Below, piece after piece: positions 44,428-54,099 of a stretch of 64,000 nucleotides of DNA. Within the stretch, counting starts at the first letter, position 1; every line of letters begins with the position of its first letter. Under the pieces are notes generated by a model. It was not told the DNA's origin. It saw only the letters and a program-made list of their open reading frames with translations, and ran no database searches. Location of the stretch: positions 148,353-212,352 of IMG/VR virus record IMGVR_UViG_3300038441_001119, one strand, 5' to 3'. The position numbers and the translations under genes are program-made.

Positions 44428-45420
44428 TTAGACTTCGAAGGCAACTTTGTTGACGCCTGCGACGTTCGCGATGGTCAGACCGATGATCTCTTCAGCAGAG
44501 ATGCGGAGAAGGTCCTTCTTACGCTCAACGTACATGGTGACGTCTTTCAGCGAGTACGCCTTACCGAGGAAGTCTGGCTCAACGAACTGGTAGACTTCGC
44601 CGTCAGCGATCAGATCGCGCTTCATCGTCGCGATGTGAGGGATGCCGAAGAATTTCAGTTCTGGGAGAGCCGAGAGACCTTCAAGGAAGAGGTCTTGCGA
44701 CTTGGTACCACCGACTTCGTCGTGATCGAAACCGAGGAATTCCTTAACCGTCTTGCGGTTGACAAGGAAGACGCCGTTGTTCAGTTCACGGTCTTCGAGG
44801 TGGGACAGAGTGTACTTGCGATAGTTGTCACGAGTGATGGTGACGCCGTTCGTTCCAACAGGCTCGTCCGCACCGCCATCGGTGTAGTCGAAGTTTTGTT
44901 GATAGCCAGCCGCGCCGTTTGCACCGCCCGGAGCACCCACGATGGTGTCAACCCAACCGATGAAGCGATTATCTTCATGGGTTTGGATGTCCTTGAGGGA
45001 GTTATCAACAATAACCTTTTGGAGGTCGATCTTCTTGTAAACCTTCAGCTCGTGAATGTTTTTGGTCCATTCAGGAGTTGCGATTTTGAAGAAGGTCGTG
45101 ACGAAACCTTGGCCACGGAAGTAGTGCGTCCGGTGAGTATCATTCAGCGGAAGCGAGACAGCGCCGGGTTGGTCAGGCTCCATTTCGTCGACAACGTAGA
45201 GGTTGTCTTCGAAGTCTGGGTGACGTCCGAGGTCGTTCGGTCCAACTGGTTTCATCGGGAGAATCCGGCGCATGAAACCGTTTTCACGGAGACGGCGACG
45301 AATTGCGCTACCAGCTGCATCAGATGCCGACTTGTTGAATCCTTCTGGAGCGTCCATGAGGGCGTCAAGAAGGTCCTTGTTGAAGGCTTCAGGATCTTGA
45401 ATAACAATTTTAGGGTCCAT
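44428..45420 (-). CDS. major capsid protein (HK97 fold, 330 aa)
   Basis: IRRRLRENGFMRRILP spine-helix region, FFKIATPEWTKNIHEL; order protease-scaffold-decoration-capsid followed by a terminator. Confidence 0.85.
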   Translation of the reverse strand: MDPKIVIQDPEAFNKDLLDALMDAPEGFNKSASDAAGSAIRRRLRENGFMRRILPMKPVGPNDLGRHPDFEDNLYVVDEMEPDQPGAVSLPLNDTHRTHYFRGQGFVTTFFKIATPEWTKNIHELKVYKKIDLQKVIVDNSLKDIQTHEDNRFIGWVDTIVGAPGGANGAAGYQQNFDYTDGGADEPVGTNGVTITRDNYRKYTLSHLEDRELNNGVFLVNRKTVKEFLGFDHDEVGGTKSQDLFLEGLSALPELKFFGIPHIATMKRDLIADGEVYQFVEPDFLGKAYSLKDVTMYVERKKDLLRISAEEIIGLTIANVAGVNKVAFEV

Positions 45421-45429
45421 ATATCTGAA

Positions 45430-45996
45430 TTAGCTAACAGTGACGGTTTGAAGAGCGCCAGTTTGGAAGATGATCACCGCCGAGTTCGCTGCCGAAGTCG
45501 AGGAGTCGTCTTTAACACCATTAGCTGGGTCTTGAAGGAGTTTACCACCAGTGCCACGAATACGGGTGACTTTACCAACGACGGGATAGGTACCTGCTCC
45601 AGCTGGGACTGCACAAAGCTGTCCGTCAGTGGTGGAGATAGTCAGTTGAGTATCCACGTTGTAAGTGTCGCCAGCATCGAACCATGCCGTTTGAACTTCG
45701 TAATCCCCGGTCGTAGAGACGCCACGGATTCCTGAATCACTGATGCCATAGTCGGTCGACTCTTGTTCTGCGACGTAAACGGTTTGTTTACCTGCAAGAA
45801 CAGTAGCACGATCGGCCAGAACCCACTCATAACGGCTGTTGTCAGAAACCCATTCAAGGGTAATGACTTGGCCGGACTTGATGGTGACACCGGATTTCAC
45901 GGGAGCGGTTTGCGAGAGTCCGGTCGGATTCATCGGATCATATCCCCGAAGGAACTGAACCCGTGGTTTCGAGCGGAGCGTAATGCCGTAACCCAT
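45430..45996 (-). CDS. capsid decoration/cement protein (188 aa)
   Basis: Beta-rich; IKSGQVITL and YNVDTQLT...GQL...VVGKVT; immediately upstream of the capsid gene. Confidence 0.65.
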   Translation of the reverse strand: MGYGITLRSKPRVQFLRGYDPMNPTGLSQTAPVKSGVTIKSGQVITLEWVSDNSRYEWVLADRATVLAGKQTVYVAEQESTDYGISDSGIRGVSTTGDYEVQTAWFDAGDTYNVDTQLTISTTDGQLCAVPAGAGTYPVVGKVTRIRGTGGKLLQDPANGVKDDSSTSAANSAVIIFQTGALQTVTVS

Positions 45997-46034
45997 ATTA
46001 TTTATTTATTGTGTGTTTGGTTTGGTAAGACTTA

Positions 46035-46508
46035 TCAGCGTTTACGGATGACTGCAGACCAATTGTCCTCGTCGTATACCGTTTGACCGGGTTTGTCTTG
46101 GTTTATTCCTTCAGACGCGCTTTTGGAAAGCGTACCTTCAGAGAAATTGTCGTCTTCGATGAAAGAAGTAGCAATGCTGTCGAGGAGTCGTACTGCTGCC
46201 ATAGGATCTTTCGCAAGATCGCTGCAAGCTGCGGTGGCTGCTCCAGCTTTCACAAAACCTGCTTCTTCGAGGCGCTTCACGATGGGAGCGAGTACGAGTG
46301 GGCTGATTCCGTGAGATGCTACTTTTTCGAGGTAGACCGTTTCCTTGCTGGTAGCCTGTTTGCGCAACTGTACGTTTTCTGCTTCGATTCGCTCCTTTTC
46401 CGCAGCAACCTTATTGAGTTCCTCAAGGGTATCAATGTTGGTTGCTGCGAGATCAGTAACGATGTCGCGCAGCTGCTCGTAAGTCAGATGCTCGGTATTA
46501 GGTTCCAT
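46035..46508 (-). CDS. small scaffold-like protein (157 aa)
   Basis: Coiled coil plus LNKVAA, LRKQAT, LEKVAS, LSKSAS motifs. Confidence 0.6.
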   Translation of the reverse strand: MEPNTEHLTYEQLRDIVTDLAATNIDTLEELNKVAAEKERIEAENVQLRKQATSKETVYLEKVASHGISPLVLAPIVKRLEEAGFVKAGAATAACSDLAKDPMAAVRLLDSIATSFIEDDNFSEGTLSKSASEGINQDKPGQTVYDEDNWSAVIRKR

Positions 46509-46526
46509 TAAGGAATCAGTCGGAAA

Positions 46527-47633
46527 TTACTTGTTCTTTTTGCTGATCTTTTCGAAGAGGCTCTTCGAACCAGAGATCAGGGTCTGGACAGAAGCCATCT
46601 TCACAGCTTCTTCTGGGGCTGGTGCGCCTTCGCCACCTTCTGGAGCAGGAGCGCCACCAGCGGCTGGATCACCACCTGCGCCACCTTCGGAGGCGAGGAG
46701 TTCCTGAGCGATTTGCGAAGCGGTGGCTTCGTCGAGTTCGCCAGAGGAAACAGCGGCTTCAAGGAGAGCGAGAATTTGCTCAAGGGACGGCTCTTCTGCG
46801 CCTTCGATGGTAGGCTCGCCACCCTCTTCTTCAGCACCCATCATGGCACCAGCGTCAGCAACGCCTTGGTCATATGCGCACTTTTCAAAGTAGGTAAGAC
46901 CATCACAGTTTGCTTCGTGGGCGAGGGCGACCTTAACAAGGTGCTCGCCTTCTGCAGGAGTGTCTGCCGAGTTATAAAGGTTTTCGAAATACTGTTCACG
47001 AGCAGCAGCATACTTGCGCATTTCTTCGTGTTCACGAGCAGCAGCAGCTTGCTTTTCGAGCATCTCGTTGTAGTCAGCCGAGGCTTGTTTGACGAGTTGA
47101 GCGGCCATTTCGCGACCGAGTTGCTTACGAACAAGCGGAAGGACCATGTCGATACCTTCTTCGGTTTCAAAGATAGCGGAAGCTAGCTTCATCATAGCGT
47201 CACCATCGAGGGTAAGCGCAGGCTCAGAAGGAGCAGCGGACTTGGTGGTAACAGGAGCAGCGGCGGGAGCAGGCTCGGTAACAGCAGGGGAAGCAGACTT
47301 GGTGCGAAGGTTCTTCACACGAGCAAGAATGTCACTCGCGGACTTCTTGACATTAGTTTGCTTGTCTTGTGCATCACCGTCAGCAGCCGAAGGAACGTCC
47401 TTACCAGTACGAGCTGGGTTGGTGTCCTTGTCAGTGAGGTCCTTACCTTCGCGGGAAGCGTTGGTAGGATCAGCTGGAAGGTTTTGCTTGTCTTTAGATG
47501 CGTCCGGATCGGTTGGGATACCAGCGGTGCCCTTTTCAGTCGGGTCACTTGCAGTAGCCGCAGCAGCCTTTTTGCTTTGAAGGCGAGCCGAGATACGGTT
47601 CTTGATGTCTGATTGGGTGACGGTATTAGCCAT
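46527..47633 (-). CDS. prohead scaffolding protein (368 aa)
   Basis: Low-complexity A/E/P/K protein between protease and capsid; 11 K-x-A motifs. Confidence 0.7.
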   Translation of the reverse strand: MANTVTQSDIKNRISARLQSKKAAAATASDPTEKGTAGIPTDPDASKDKQNLPADPTNASREGKDLTDKDTNPARTGKDVPSAADGDAQDKQTNVKKSASDILARVKNLRTKSASPAVTEPAPAAAPVTTKSAAPSEPALTLDGDAMMKLASAIFETEEGIDMVLPLVRKQLGREMAAQLVKQASADYNEMLEKQAAAAREHEEMRKYAAAREQYFENLYNSADTPAEGEHLVKVALAHEANCDGLTYFEKCAYDQGVADAGAMMGAEEEGGEPTIEGAEEPSLEQILALLEAAVSSGELDEATASQIAQELLASEGGAGGDPAAGGAPAPEGGEGAPAPEEAVKMASVQTLISGSKSLFEKISKKNK

Positions 47634-47655
47634 GCGCTTTCTATGAATTAGTAAT

Positions 47656-47684
47656 ATATTAGTTTGTTATGAGAGTTAGGTCAA
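47656..47684 (-). promoter_or_regulatory. sigma70-like promoter for the scaffold-capsid operon
   Basis: TTGACC-N17-TAATAT, 22 nt before the ATG. Confidence 0.6.
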
Positions 47685-47691
47685 CACAGTT

Positions 47692-49143
47692 TTAACTGTT
47701 ACGATAAAAGTTCATCGCAACAAAGGTCTTAGCCAAAAGATCTTGGTCTTCAAACCCACGCTTAACCATGTCTTCAAAAGCAGCTACCTGATATGCAGCG
47801 TACGATTGTTCGAAGATGTCCAGAGAACGTGTCTTGTCATACTCAGCAAAGCCAGTATTAGCAGAACCGCTCTTGATTATGATAGTGATGGTCTTTTGTT
47901 GAGTAGGCTCCATCTTGCAGGAGAACTTCTGTGCCATCTCTTCCATGATACCATCGACTTCATCGCTGTCTTCTGGATCACAATCGGAAGCCTTCTTACC
48001 AAAGCCACTGAACAGAGGAGTCAATTCATCAAGCGTAGCATCGCACTGCTCGTCTTTGAGCATAGAGTTGTGGATGTTGGCCAGCTTGACAACTTCACCA
48101 TCGTAACCAGCATACTCGAACAACTCTTTCGCGGGAAGTAGTGCTGCGGTTTCAGCAAGCTTACCGAAGAGTGTACCGGGACGGAGGCTGGCAACTTTCT
48201 TGAAGTCACCATTGAGAGTGTTGTCTTGGCATGCAGTCTTCAACACGGAGAAGAAGTAGTGCCACTCAGGGTCGTTGCGCTTCTGTTTGAGATTATCAGC
48301 AAACCAAGTCTCTGCAGCAGCAAGCTTAACAAGGGTGTCCTTGAAATCAGAAATGGTACGAGTACGCACTCCCTCAAGTTCCGCAGCTAGATAGCCGGGA
48401 ATGATGATAGAACTGGTATCAGCAGAGGCCGCCTTCTTCATTTCCTCGTCCTCGGAGAACTTGTAAGCAATATAGTGCGCAATACGATCAGCAGGGCGTC
48501 CTACACGACTGATATCGAAGAACCGTGGCTCGTCGTTGATCGCAAAGGCGTACTTCTTGAAGGTAGGGATGTATTGTCCCATGTGTTTCTTCAAGTGGTC
48601 ACAATATGCAGCAGCACTCTTAGCCATGTTGCCGCAGCAGGAGCAACGGTCATGCTTGAGACGGGCGGACATACTGTAGGCAAGTTCTTTGCCTTGTTTA
48701 GCAAGTTCGTACTCTTCAGCAGCCTTCTTCTTGTGACCGTGCACCAGAAGTTCAACACGATCCAGCGGCTTGTTATAGGCAGACTTTACAATCGTACCAA
48801 TAGCAAGAGACGGATCTTCGTGGCGATGTTCCCGATAGAAGTGGCCGTGTTTAACAAAGGTGTCGTGGTACTTCTCCAGAGACGCACTGGGGAATGCGTC
48901 TTGGTTACGGTTAGGAGGGTACGTAGGCCACCCACCCAGCGCAATAACGTGCTGCATGAAGTGGTCTTTGTCAGGCTTATGCGCCTCGTAGTCCTCCTCA
49001 GTGAAGATGCTGTGGTAATCCGCAGAGGCGCTCTTCATCATACCCTTATTCTCAATGAGGGTATTGAAATGACCGCCAATCGCAGCAAGAAGGGATTCCT
49101 GCGCGTCCTGATAGATTACCTTAGTGAGTCCGTAATGATCCAT
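47692..49143 (-). CDS. prohead maturation protease (HK97-type Ser-His) with Cys/His Zn motif
   Basis: NRNQDAFP, YREHRHED (His), AYSMSA (Ser), CSCCGN...YCDH; position upstream of scaffold and capsid. Confidence 0.8.
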   Translation of the reverse strand: MDHYGLTKVIYQDAQESLLAAIGGHFNTLIENKGMMKSASADYHSIFTEEDYEAHKPDKDHFMQHVIALGGWPTYPPNRNQDAFPSASLEKYHDTFVKHGHFYREHRHEDPSLAIGTIVKSAYNKPLDRVELLVHGHKKKAAEEYELAKQGKELAYSMSARLKHDRCSCCGNMAKSAAAYCDHLKKHMGQYIPTFKKYAFAINDEPRFFDISRVGRPADRIAHYIAYKFSEDEEMKKAASADTSSIIIPGYLAAELEGVRTRTISDFKDTLVKLAAAETWFADNLKQKRNDPEWHYFFSVLKTACQDNTLNGDFKKVASLRPGTLFGKLAETAALLPAKELFEYAGYDGEVVKLANIHNSMLKDEQCDATLDELTPLFSGFGKKASDCDPEDSDEVDGIMEEMAQKFSCKMEPTQQKTITIIIKSGSANTGFAEYDKTRSLDIFEQSYAAYQVAAFEDMVKRGFEDQDLLAKTFVAMNFYRNS

Positions 49144-49144
49144 A

Positions 49145-50179
49145 TTACTCGTAGTCGGCTGGAGTGCCTTCTTTATTCAGCTTATTGGAGAGGGAGCTTG
49201 CGACGTGTGGGGCAAGTCCGAGTGCAGCAAGTTCAGCCACAGCGCCAAGTTGTTTTGGAACAGTACGTCCGAAAGCACGACCGCCATGTCTGTGAACGGC
49301 ATCACCAATACCACGGAAAGCTTTGTCGGCTTTCTCGGCAGCACCGATCAACTTAGGACGTGTACTAGTTGGTGTACCATGCAGAACAGGGGATGGAGGT
49401 TCCATACCTGCAGGACCTTGTTTCCATTTACCTTGAGGAGTCTCGTAACGCTTCTTGAGCCACTTGGTCATCGTACTGTCCTCATATGGGTCAGGGCGTA
49501 GACCGGAGTTACGCAGATCTGCATCAAGACCTCCCGCACTTGGGGGAGCCGATGGTTTGGAAGGCTTGGCACCCTCTTTACCTTTGACATCGCCTTTTGG
49601 TTCAGCTGGAGCTTTGGTAGAGCGGTCCATCAGATCTTTCTTGTAAGCTTCATCTGGATGCATGCCTTTGAACTTACTCTCTTCAGCACCTGCATTGCCC
49701 ATGTTCTGTTTGAACTTGGCATAGTCGATGTGTCCGGAGTCGGTCTTCATGTTAGGACGAGCACCGGCAACAGTAGCACTGAGGTTCTTGTTGTCCGCTT
49801 TGGCTCCTTGCACGTACCGATGAATCAGACGCGAACCCGGAAGGGCGGCAGACCAGAAATTCTTGTCACCCAGTACATCAGCAGCAGCCTCAGGAGCGGA
49901 AACGTCGCCTTTAGGCAATGCTTCGTTGAAAGACTTTGCAGCATGCCCTAGAGCAGCCGTACCAGCGCCAGCACCCAGACCAAGGAGACCTGCATTACGT
50001 AGAATGCGTCCAAGGCGAGCCATACGGGTTTCACCTTCCTTGCCCTTCTGCATTGCAGTCAGGCCGCCGCCTGCAAGGGCACCGGCACCTGCTGCAAGCA
50101 GATACGAAGGGATCTTACCACCGAGAAGGTCGTCCTTAACGGCAGCAGCAAATTTTTCCATTTCGAGTTTCTCAGACAT
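49145..50179 (-). CDS. Gly/Ala-rich probable internal-head protein (344 aa)
   Basis: MEKFAA leader motif; glycine zippers LLAAGAGALAGGG and LLGLGAGAGTAALG. Confidence 0.55.
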   Translation of the reverse strand: MSEKLEMEKFAAAVKDDLLGGKIPSYLLAAGAGALAGGGLTAMQKGKEGETRMARLGRILRNAGLLGLGAGAGTAALGHAAKSFNEALPKGDVSAPEAAADVLGDKNFWSAALPGSRLIHRYVQGAKADNKNLSATVAGARPNMKTDSGHIDYAKFKQNMGNAGAEESKFKGMHPDEAYKKDLMDRSTKAPAEPKGDVKGKEGAKPSKPSAPPSAGGLDADLRNSGLRPDPYEDSTMTKWLKKRYETPQGKWKQGPAGMEPPSPVLHGTPTSTRPKLIGAAEKADKAFRGIGDAVHRHGGRAFGRTVPKQLGAVAELAALGLAPHVASSLSNKLNKEGTPADYE

Positions 50180-50182
50180 GAA

Positions 50183-51751
50183 TTAACCGATTTTGTATTT
50201 CTTCTCGTCGAGCTTCTGTTGCTCCACTTCCGACTGGGTTTGCTTCTTGTTGATGTCCACCAACTGATCGTAGGTGTGAGGAGCAACGCCGTCATATTGG
50301 ATAGCTTCACGAAGAGTGTAGCTCATGAGGTTAGGATCAGCCATCAGCGCAGGGTTCGCGCTTGCAAGGCTGTTGTAGATACTGACGACCCGGTCAGGAT
50401 CTGCTTCCGAGAGGATTGGGTCAGTGAGGATAGCCTTCTGTAGGAGAAGAGCTTTCTGAAGATCACTGCGGGTACCGTCAATAGCCATACGACGTTTGTC
50501 CATACCGCCAGCTGGGGTAGACATACGACGCTTCAGCCACTCGTAAGCAGGAGTGGTTTTGGAATCAAGCCATTCAACACCTTTGTCGAGCTTCTTGAGA
50601 GCAGGATCGAAGTCAGTCTTAGGAGCAGGAGTAGCCCGTCGCTCATGTTGCGCATCAGTATCCGTAAACCTTACATTGGAAGGTGCCGGACCTACGCCCG
50701 ACTGAGGATTGACTTCATCGGGGATAGGAGGACCTTGACGTGGCTCCGGTGTAGCGCCTAATGCTGACCTCCAGTCTTTTTTCTCCGGAGCAGGTTCACC
50801 CTTAGCTGGCTCTTTGGACTTGGTAATCTTTGGATTGCTCTTAGGAGGTCCATAGTGTACGTAGCCCTTAGGATCGAAATCTTGTGACTCTGCTCCGAGG
50901 GTAGCCCGTGCAATGTCTTCGTCAGTGAATGGCTCACCGTCGTCTTCTTCTTCCTCATCAGCAGCTTCCTTGAGCATGGACTCACACTCAAGATACTCAG
51001 TGATCTTGCTTTCAAGTTCCGTGATCAGATCAAGCTTACCAGTCGTGTCACGGGTGATCTTGACCGATGCCTTCTTCTCCATAGGGAAGCGATCATACTG
51101 AACCATCGAATATTCCTTACCAAGCTGCCATGCAATATGTGCCAGAGCTTGTTCATTGGCGTTCTCACAGGAAAGCGAATCACGCTCCCAAGCAGAATAC
51201 AGGGAAGGATTGAGATACACTTCGTGAGCCAGTTTCTTCATGGACTCTGAGATCTCGTCACGGACATTACCCATGTAGTCTTCCACACCTTGGATGAAGA
51301 GTTTGTCATTTTTCTCTGCTTCAAGACGTGCGGATCTCTCGGCAATCTCACGCAGAGACGTGGTAAACTCATCGCCTACAAAGGCAGAGGCACTCTTAAC
51401 GGAACCGTCCTCGTCATTGAACATGGCCTTAAGATTAGGCACACGGTAGACGTCGTGGTTCACTGAAACGTGCGATGCTTTCTTGACCGTCGCTCCCGGT
51501 GCTTGGTAAGAAGTATACTTTTCGATTACTTCGTCCACTGGGATCAGCGAGAAGGTACCGCCACGAGAAGCCGACTTCTTCATGTACGATACCGTTTTGG
51601 CCGTATTGAAAACCTGACACAGACGCTCCAATTGCGCGGGAGCAAGTTGGTTGTCCTGTGCGTACTTAATAAGAACATCACCGGGATCACCGGATTTGTT
51701 GAAAGTCGACACAAGGGACTCAATGATAGAGGCTGCCTTGGAGTGGGTCAT
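50183..51751 (-). CDS. K-x-A-rich prohead core/inner-body protein (522 aa)
   Basis: Seven K-x-A motifs in the N-terminal half; acidic/Pro-rich linker; own promoter. Confidence 0.6.
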   Translation of the reverse strand: MTHSKAASIIESLVSTFNKSGDPGDVLIKYAQDNQLAPAQLERLCQVFNTAKTVSYMKKSASRGGTFSLIPVDEVIEKYTSYQAPGATVKKASHVSVNHDVYRVPNLKAMFNDEDGSVKSASAFVGDEFTTSLREIAERSARLEAEKNDKLFIQGVEDYMGNVRDEISESMKKLAHEVYLNPSLYSAWERDSLSCENANEQALAHIAWQLGKEYSMVQYDRFPMEKKASVKITRDTTGKLDLITELESKITEYLECESMLKEAADEEEEDDGEPFTDEDIARATLGAESQDFDPKGYVHYGPPKSNPKITKSKEPAKGEPAPEKKDWRSALGATPEPRQGPPIPDEVNPQSGVGPAPSNVRFTDTDAQHERRATPAPKTDFDPALKKLDKGVEWLDSKTTPAYEWLKRRMSTPAGGMDKRRMAIDGTRSDLQKALLLQKAILTDPILSEADPDRVVSIYNSLASANPALMADPNLMSYTLREAIQYDGVAPHTYDQLVDINKKQTQSEVEQQKLDEKKYKIG

Positions 51752-51764
51752 ACTAGTAGCCCTT

Positions 51765-51793
51765 AGTTTACGTTATTAGCCATGTAGAGTCCA
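51765..51793 (-). promoter_or_regulatory. sigma70-like promoter
   Basis: TGGACT-N17-TAAACT, 13 nt before the ATG. Confidence 0.5.
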
Positions 51794-51801
51794 GTCTTCT
51801 C

Positions 51802-52755
51802 TTAGATCTCTACGACAGTCCCGGCTTGTTGGTCCTTATAACGGGTAGCCTGCTTGACATCATCCATGTACTCGGCTTTCGCGATACCTTCGTCACGGAA
51901 AGTGGTGTAAAGGGCTTCTGCAATGGAGGACATAGGGAGAGAGTCTCCAGAAGTGTCCTGACCGCCCTGCTTTGCTGCCGACATAACGGTACGAGCGTGG
52001 TAGATGGCAGTAGTATTGGCAGTCTGGTTGACGAAGCCCAGTTTGGTGAGCATGTAACCTTGGGTCATGAACGAAGCCTCAAGACGTCCTGCAGCACTTG
52101 GACCAGACATGTCGGAAGCGTCGATACCCGGCAGACCTGCCAGATACAGGAGTTCACCGGAAGAGTGATTATATCCGTACCGTTTCATTAGCATGCCGAA
52201 GTCCTCGTTAGCGGCATATCCATCGAACATCTCCACCAGACGGGAATCAGGGTAAACGATATTGCGGATGTACATGAGGTCCTTCTTGCGGTCCAGTACA
52301 TTGAAGAACAGTTTCTCGTAAGCAGAAATGGTTCGTTTGTCGATGCCAGTGGCTTTGGAGATCTTTTCAGGAGAATCGTGATCGGAAGTAAGGAGCAGCG
52401 ACTCAATGACATCCCTGACATTCTTCATTTCAGGGTGTGCGATGATGATAGCCTCCATTACGTTCTTGTCGCTATACCGTTCAGGGTTACGACAATACAG
52501 GTATGCTTTGAACACCCAGTGGTCCTCTCCAGTGAGTGCTACAGGGTAGTCTTTACCTGAGGCTGCGAAGATAGCGGCAGAATGCCAGCCAATGGCTGCA
52601 TTCTTGTATATGTGAATGAAAGATCCTAGCTGCTTGTCTACAGGGAATGAAATACGCTTGTTCCCCGGAAGAACTACGGATGGTGGCGCATAGGAAGAAC
52701 CTCCCAGTTCAGACGGGAGGTTCTCTGCGATTTGCTTAATCTTGTCAGCGGTCAC
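51802..52755 (-). CDS. hypothetical protein with HTH-like segment (317 aa)
   Basis: SPEKISKATGIDKRTISAYEKLFF resembles a helix-turn-helix; a terminase small subunit role is possible but unsupported. Confidence 0.5.
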   Translation of the reverse strand: MTADKIKQIAENLPSELGGSSYAPPSVVLPGNKRISFPVDKQLGSFIHIYKNAAIGWHSAAIFAASGKDYPVALTGEDHWVFKAYLYCRNPERYSDKNVMEAIIIAHPEMKNVRDVIESLLLTSDHDSPEKISKATGIDKRTISAYEKLFFNVLDRKKDLMYIRNIVYPDSRLVEMFDGYAANEDFGMLMKRYGYNHSSGELLYLAGLPGIDASDMSGPSAAGRLEASFMTQGYMLTKLGFVNQTANTTAIYHARTVMSAAKQGGQDTSGDSLPMSSIAEALYTTFRDEGIAKAEYMDDVKQATRYKDQQAGTVVEI

Positions 52756-53012
52756 TTGAAGGGCAAGTATCCTCTAAATACACAATGTCCGCAACAACAA
52801 GTATCCCATTCTGCATCAGGAGGCGGGGTGCGGAATTTGCGCAGCTGTCTGAACTTGTTGTTACCGACTCGTTCGTAGTCTTCCTTACAATGCGGACATA
52901 CGCTTGGGTGACAAAACTGATGTCCAGACTTTGGTCTGATTACAGGTTTGTCTCGGTGATAGTGCGAAATCTCCGCATTGTTGGTAGGTGTGGAAGATTT
53001 ATTACCAGCCAT
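52752..53012 (-). CDS. small Cys/His-rich protein (86 aa)
   Basis: CHPSVCPHC and CCCGHC clusters; start set at MAGNK. Confidence 0.5.
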   Translation of the reverse strand: MAGNKSSTPTNNAEISHYHRDKPVIRPKSGHQFCHPSVCPHCKEDYERVGNNKFRQLRKFRTPPPDAEWDTCCCGHCVFRGYLPFK

Positions 53013-53340
53013 CTTTATTGGCGTCGTAAGGGACCGGCTTGTACTGTTCCACCTTCTTGAATTCCTTGATAGGCATGGCAATCAATGGAGCGACATTATC
53101 GTTGAGCCAAGTAAGACCATGACGGTCAAGCAGCTGCGGCGTTCCTTCTCCTACACACAAGCGGTGACCATTGCGAGTAAGGTAAACGACAATCTTGCTG
53201 GAGTCTTCCATAGAGATCATCGACGAAAGTACAGTGTCTTGTCCTTTCAAACGTACTCCGGTGATTGACGAGTCGCGGGCAGAAATAACGAGGTGCCCTG
53301 CGTTGTACTGTCCGGTTTCGATTTCTTTCTTATTCTTCAT
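53002..53340 (-). CDS. hypothetical protein (112 aa)
   Basis: ORF overlapping its neighbours in a small gene cluster. Confidence 0.6.
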   Translation of the reverse strand: MKNKKEIETGQYNAGHLVISARDSSITGVRLKGQDTVLSSMISMEDSSKIVVYLTRNGHRLCVGEGTPQLLDRHGLTWLNDNVAPLIAMPIKEFKKVEQYKPVPYDANKDGW

Positions 53341-53818
53341 TAACTTTTCCTACAGTAATGTGTGCTTGTTCGTCGAACATTCGGGTGTACTGCGTATGAG
53401 GTAAATCAAACAGCGTCACCACTTCTGATGCCCTACTTTCTGGGAACTCCTCTTCATTAGGAGACAACGGACCCTCGTATCCGGGCGCATTAAGCCAGAA
53501 AGACCCTCTAGTATTGTTCGGGGTAGCGGAGTCTCCGATACAAACAACAATACCTTCCCTATCTGTGCGACCGAAGTATGCCATCGCTGCAGATAGTAGG
53601 GTATCGTAAGTAGGGAGGCGATTAGGCACAAAATCAGACAGGTCTTTGTAGTCGTACTTGCGCTCTACCAGAACTTCGTCAGTGAGACCCATGACAGTGA
53701 GAGTAAAAATGTCGCCATCCTTTTCTCGCTCCAAACGCATTCTTACATCTTTTCTGGAAATACCATGTGTGTCCATGGCTTCCTGAATTGACTCCTTGGT
53801 TATACTTTCTCTTGTCAT
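53330..53818 (-). CDS. hypothetical protein (162 aa)
   Basis: ORF in the small accessory cluster. Confidence 0.6.
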   Translation of the reverse strand: MTRESITKESIQEAMDTHGISRKDVRMRLEREKDGDIFTLTVMGLTDEVLVERKYDYKDLSDFVPNRLPTYDTLLSAAMAYFGRTDREGIVVCIGDSATPNNTRGSFWLNAPGYEGPLSPNEEEFPESRASEVVTLFDLPHTQYTRMFDEQAHITVGKVNEE

Positions 53819-53819
53819 A

Positions 53820-54026
53820 TTAGTCCCACGTCAGTTCGATCATTTCTTCTTTGGAAAGGTGCATCACCAAAGTACTCTCTCCATTCGGTAATGAGGCGTA
53901 AATGTCAAAGACGAAGCCGTCTTTCTTACTGAATGTAGAGGTAAGCTTCACCATATCATGCTGGGAAGTCTGCAGTTTTTCTGCTCCCTTTATAGTGCAG
54001 ATCTTTAATAGTTCCGTTCTGGTCAT
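53820..54026 (-). CDS. hypothetical protein (68 aa)
   Basis: Start moved to MTRTELL because the upstream part of the track ORF runs through a terminator. Confidence 0.55.
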   Translation of the reverse strand: MTRTELLKICTIKGAEKLQTSQHDMVKLTSTFSKKDGFVFDIYASLPNGESTLVMHLSKEEMIELTWD

Positions 54027-54035
54027 TTGATAGGT

Positions 54036-54073
54036 AAAAAAAATAAGTCCCTGCTTCATCAGCAAGGACTTAT
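54036..54073 (-). terminator. intrinsic terminator
   Basis: 12-bp stem ATAAGTCCTTGC / GCAGGGACTTAT (one G-U pair) followed by a T8 tract. Confidence 0.8.
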
Positions 54074-54099
54074 CGCTAAGCTTTTCTTTGAGGTTGCCC

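Noticed and set aside
44635-45735. 366-aa plus-strand ORF, and similar ones at 22504..23589, 37305..38147, 48475..49356, 57348..58265 and 3428..4477 (minus)
   Set aside because: All are antisense to well-supported genes, with no independent motifs or expression signals.
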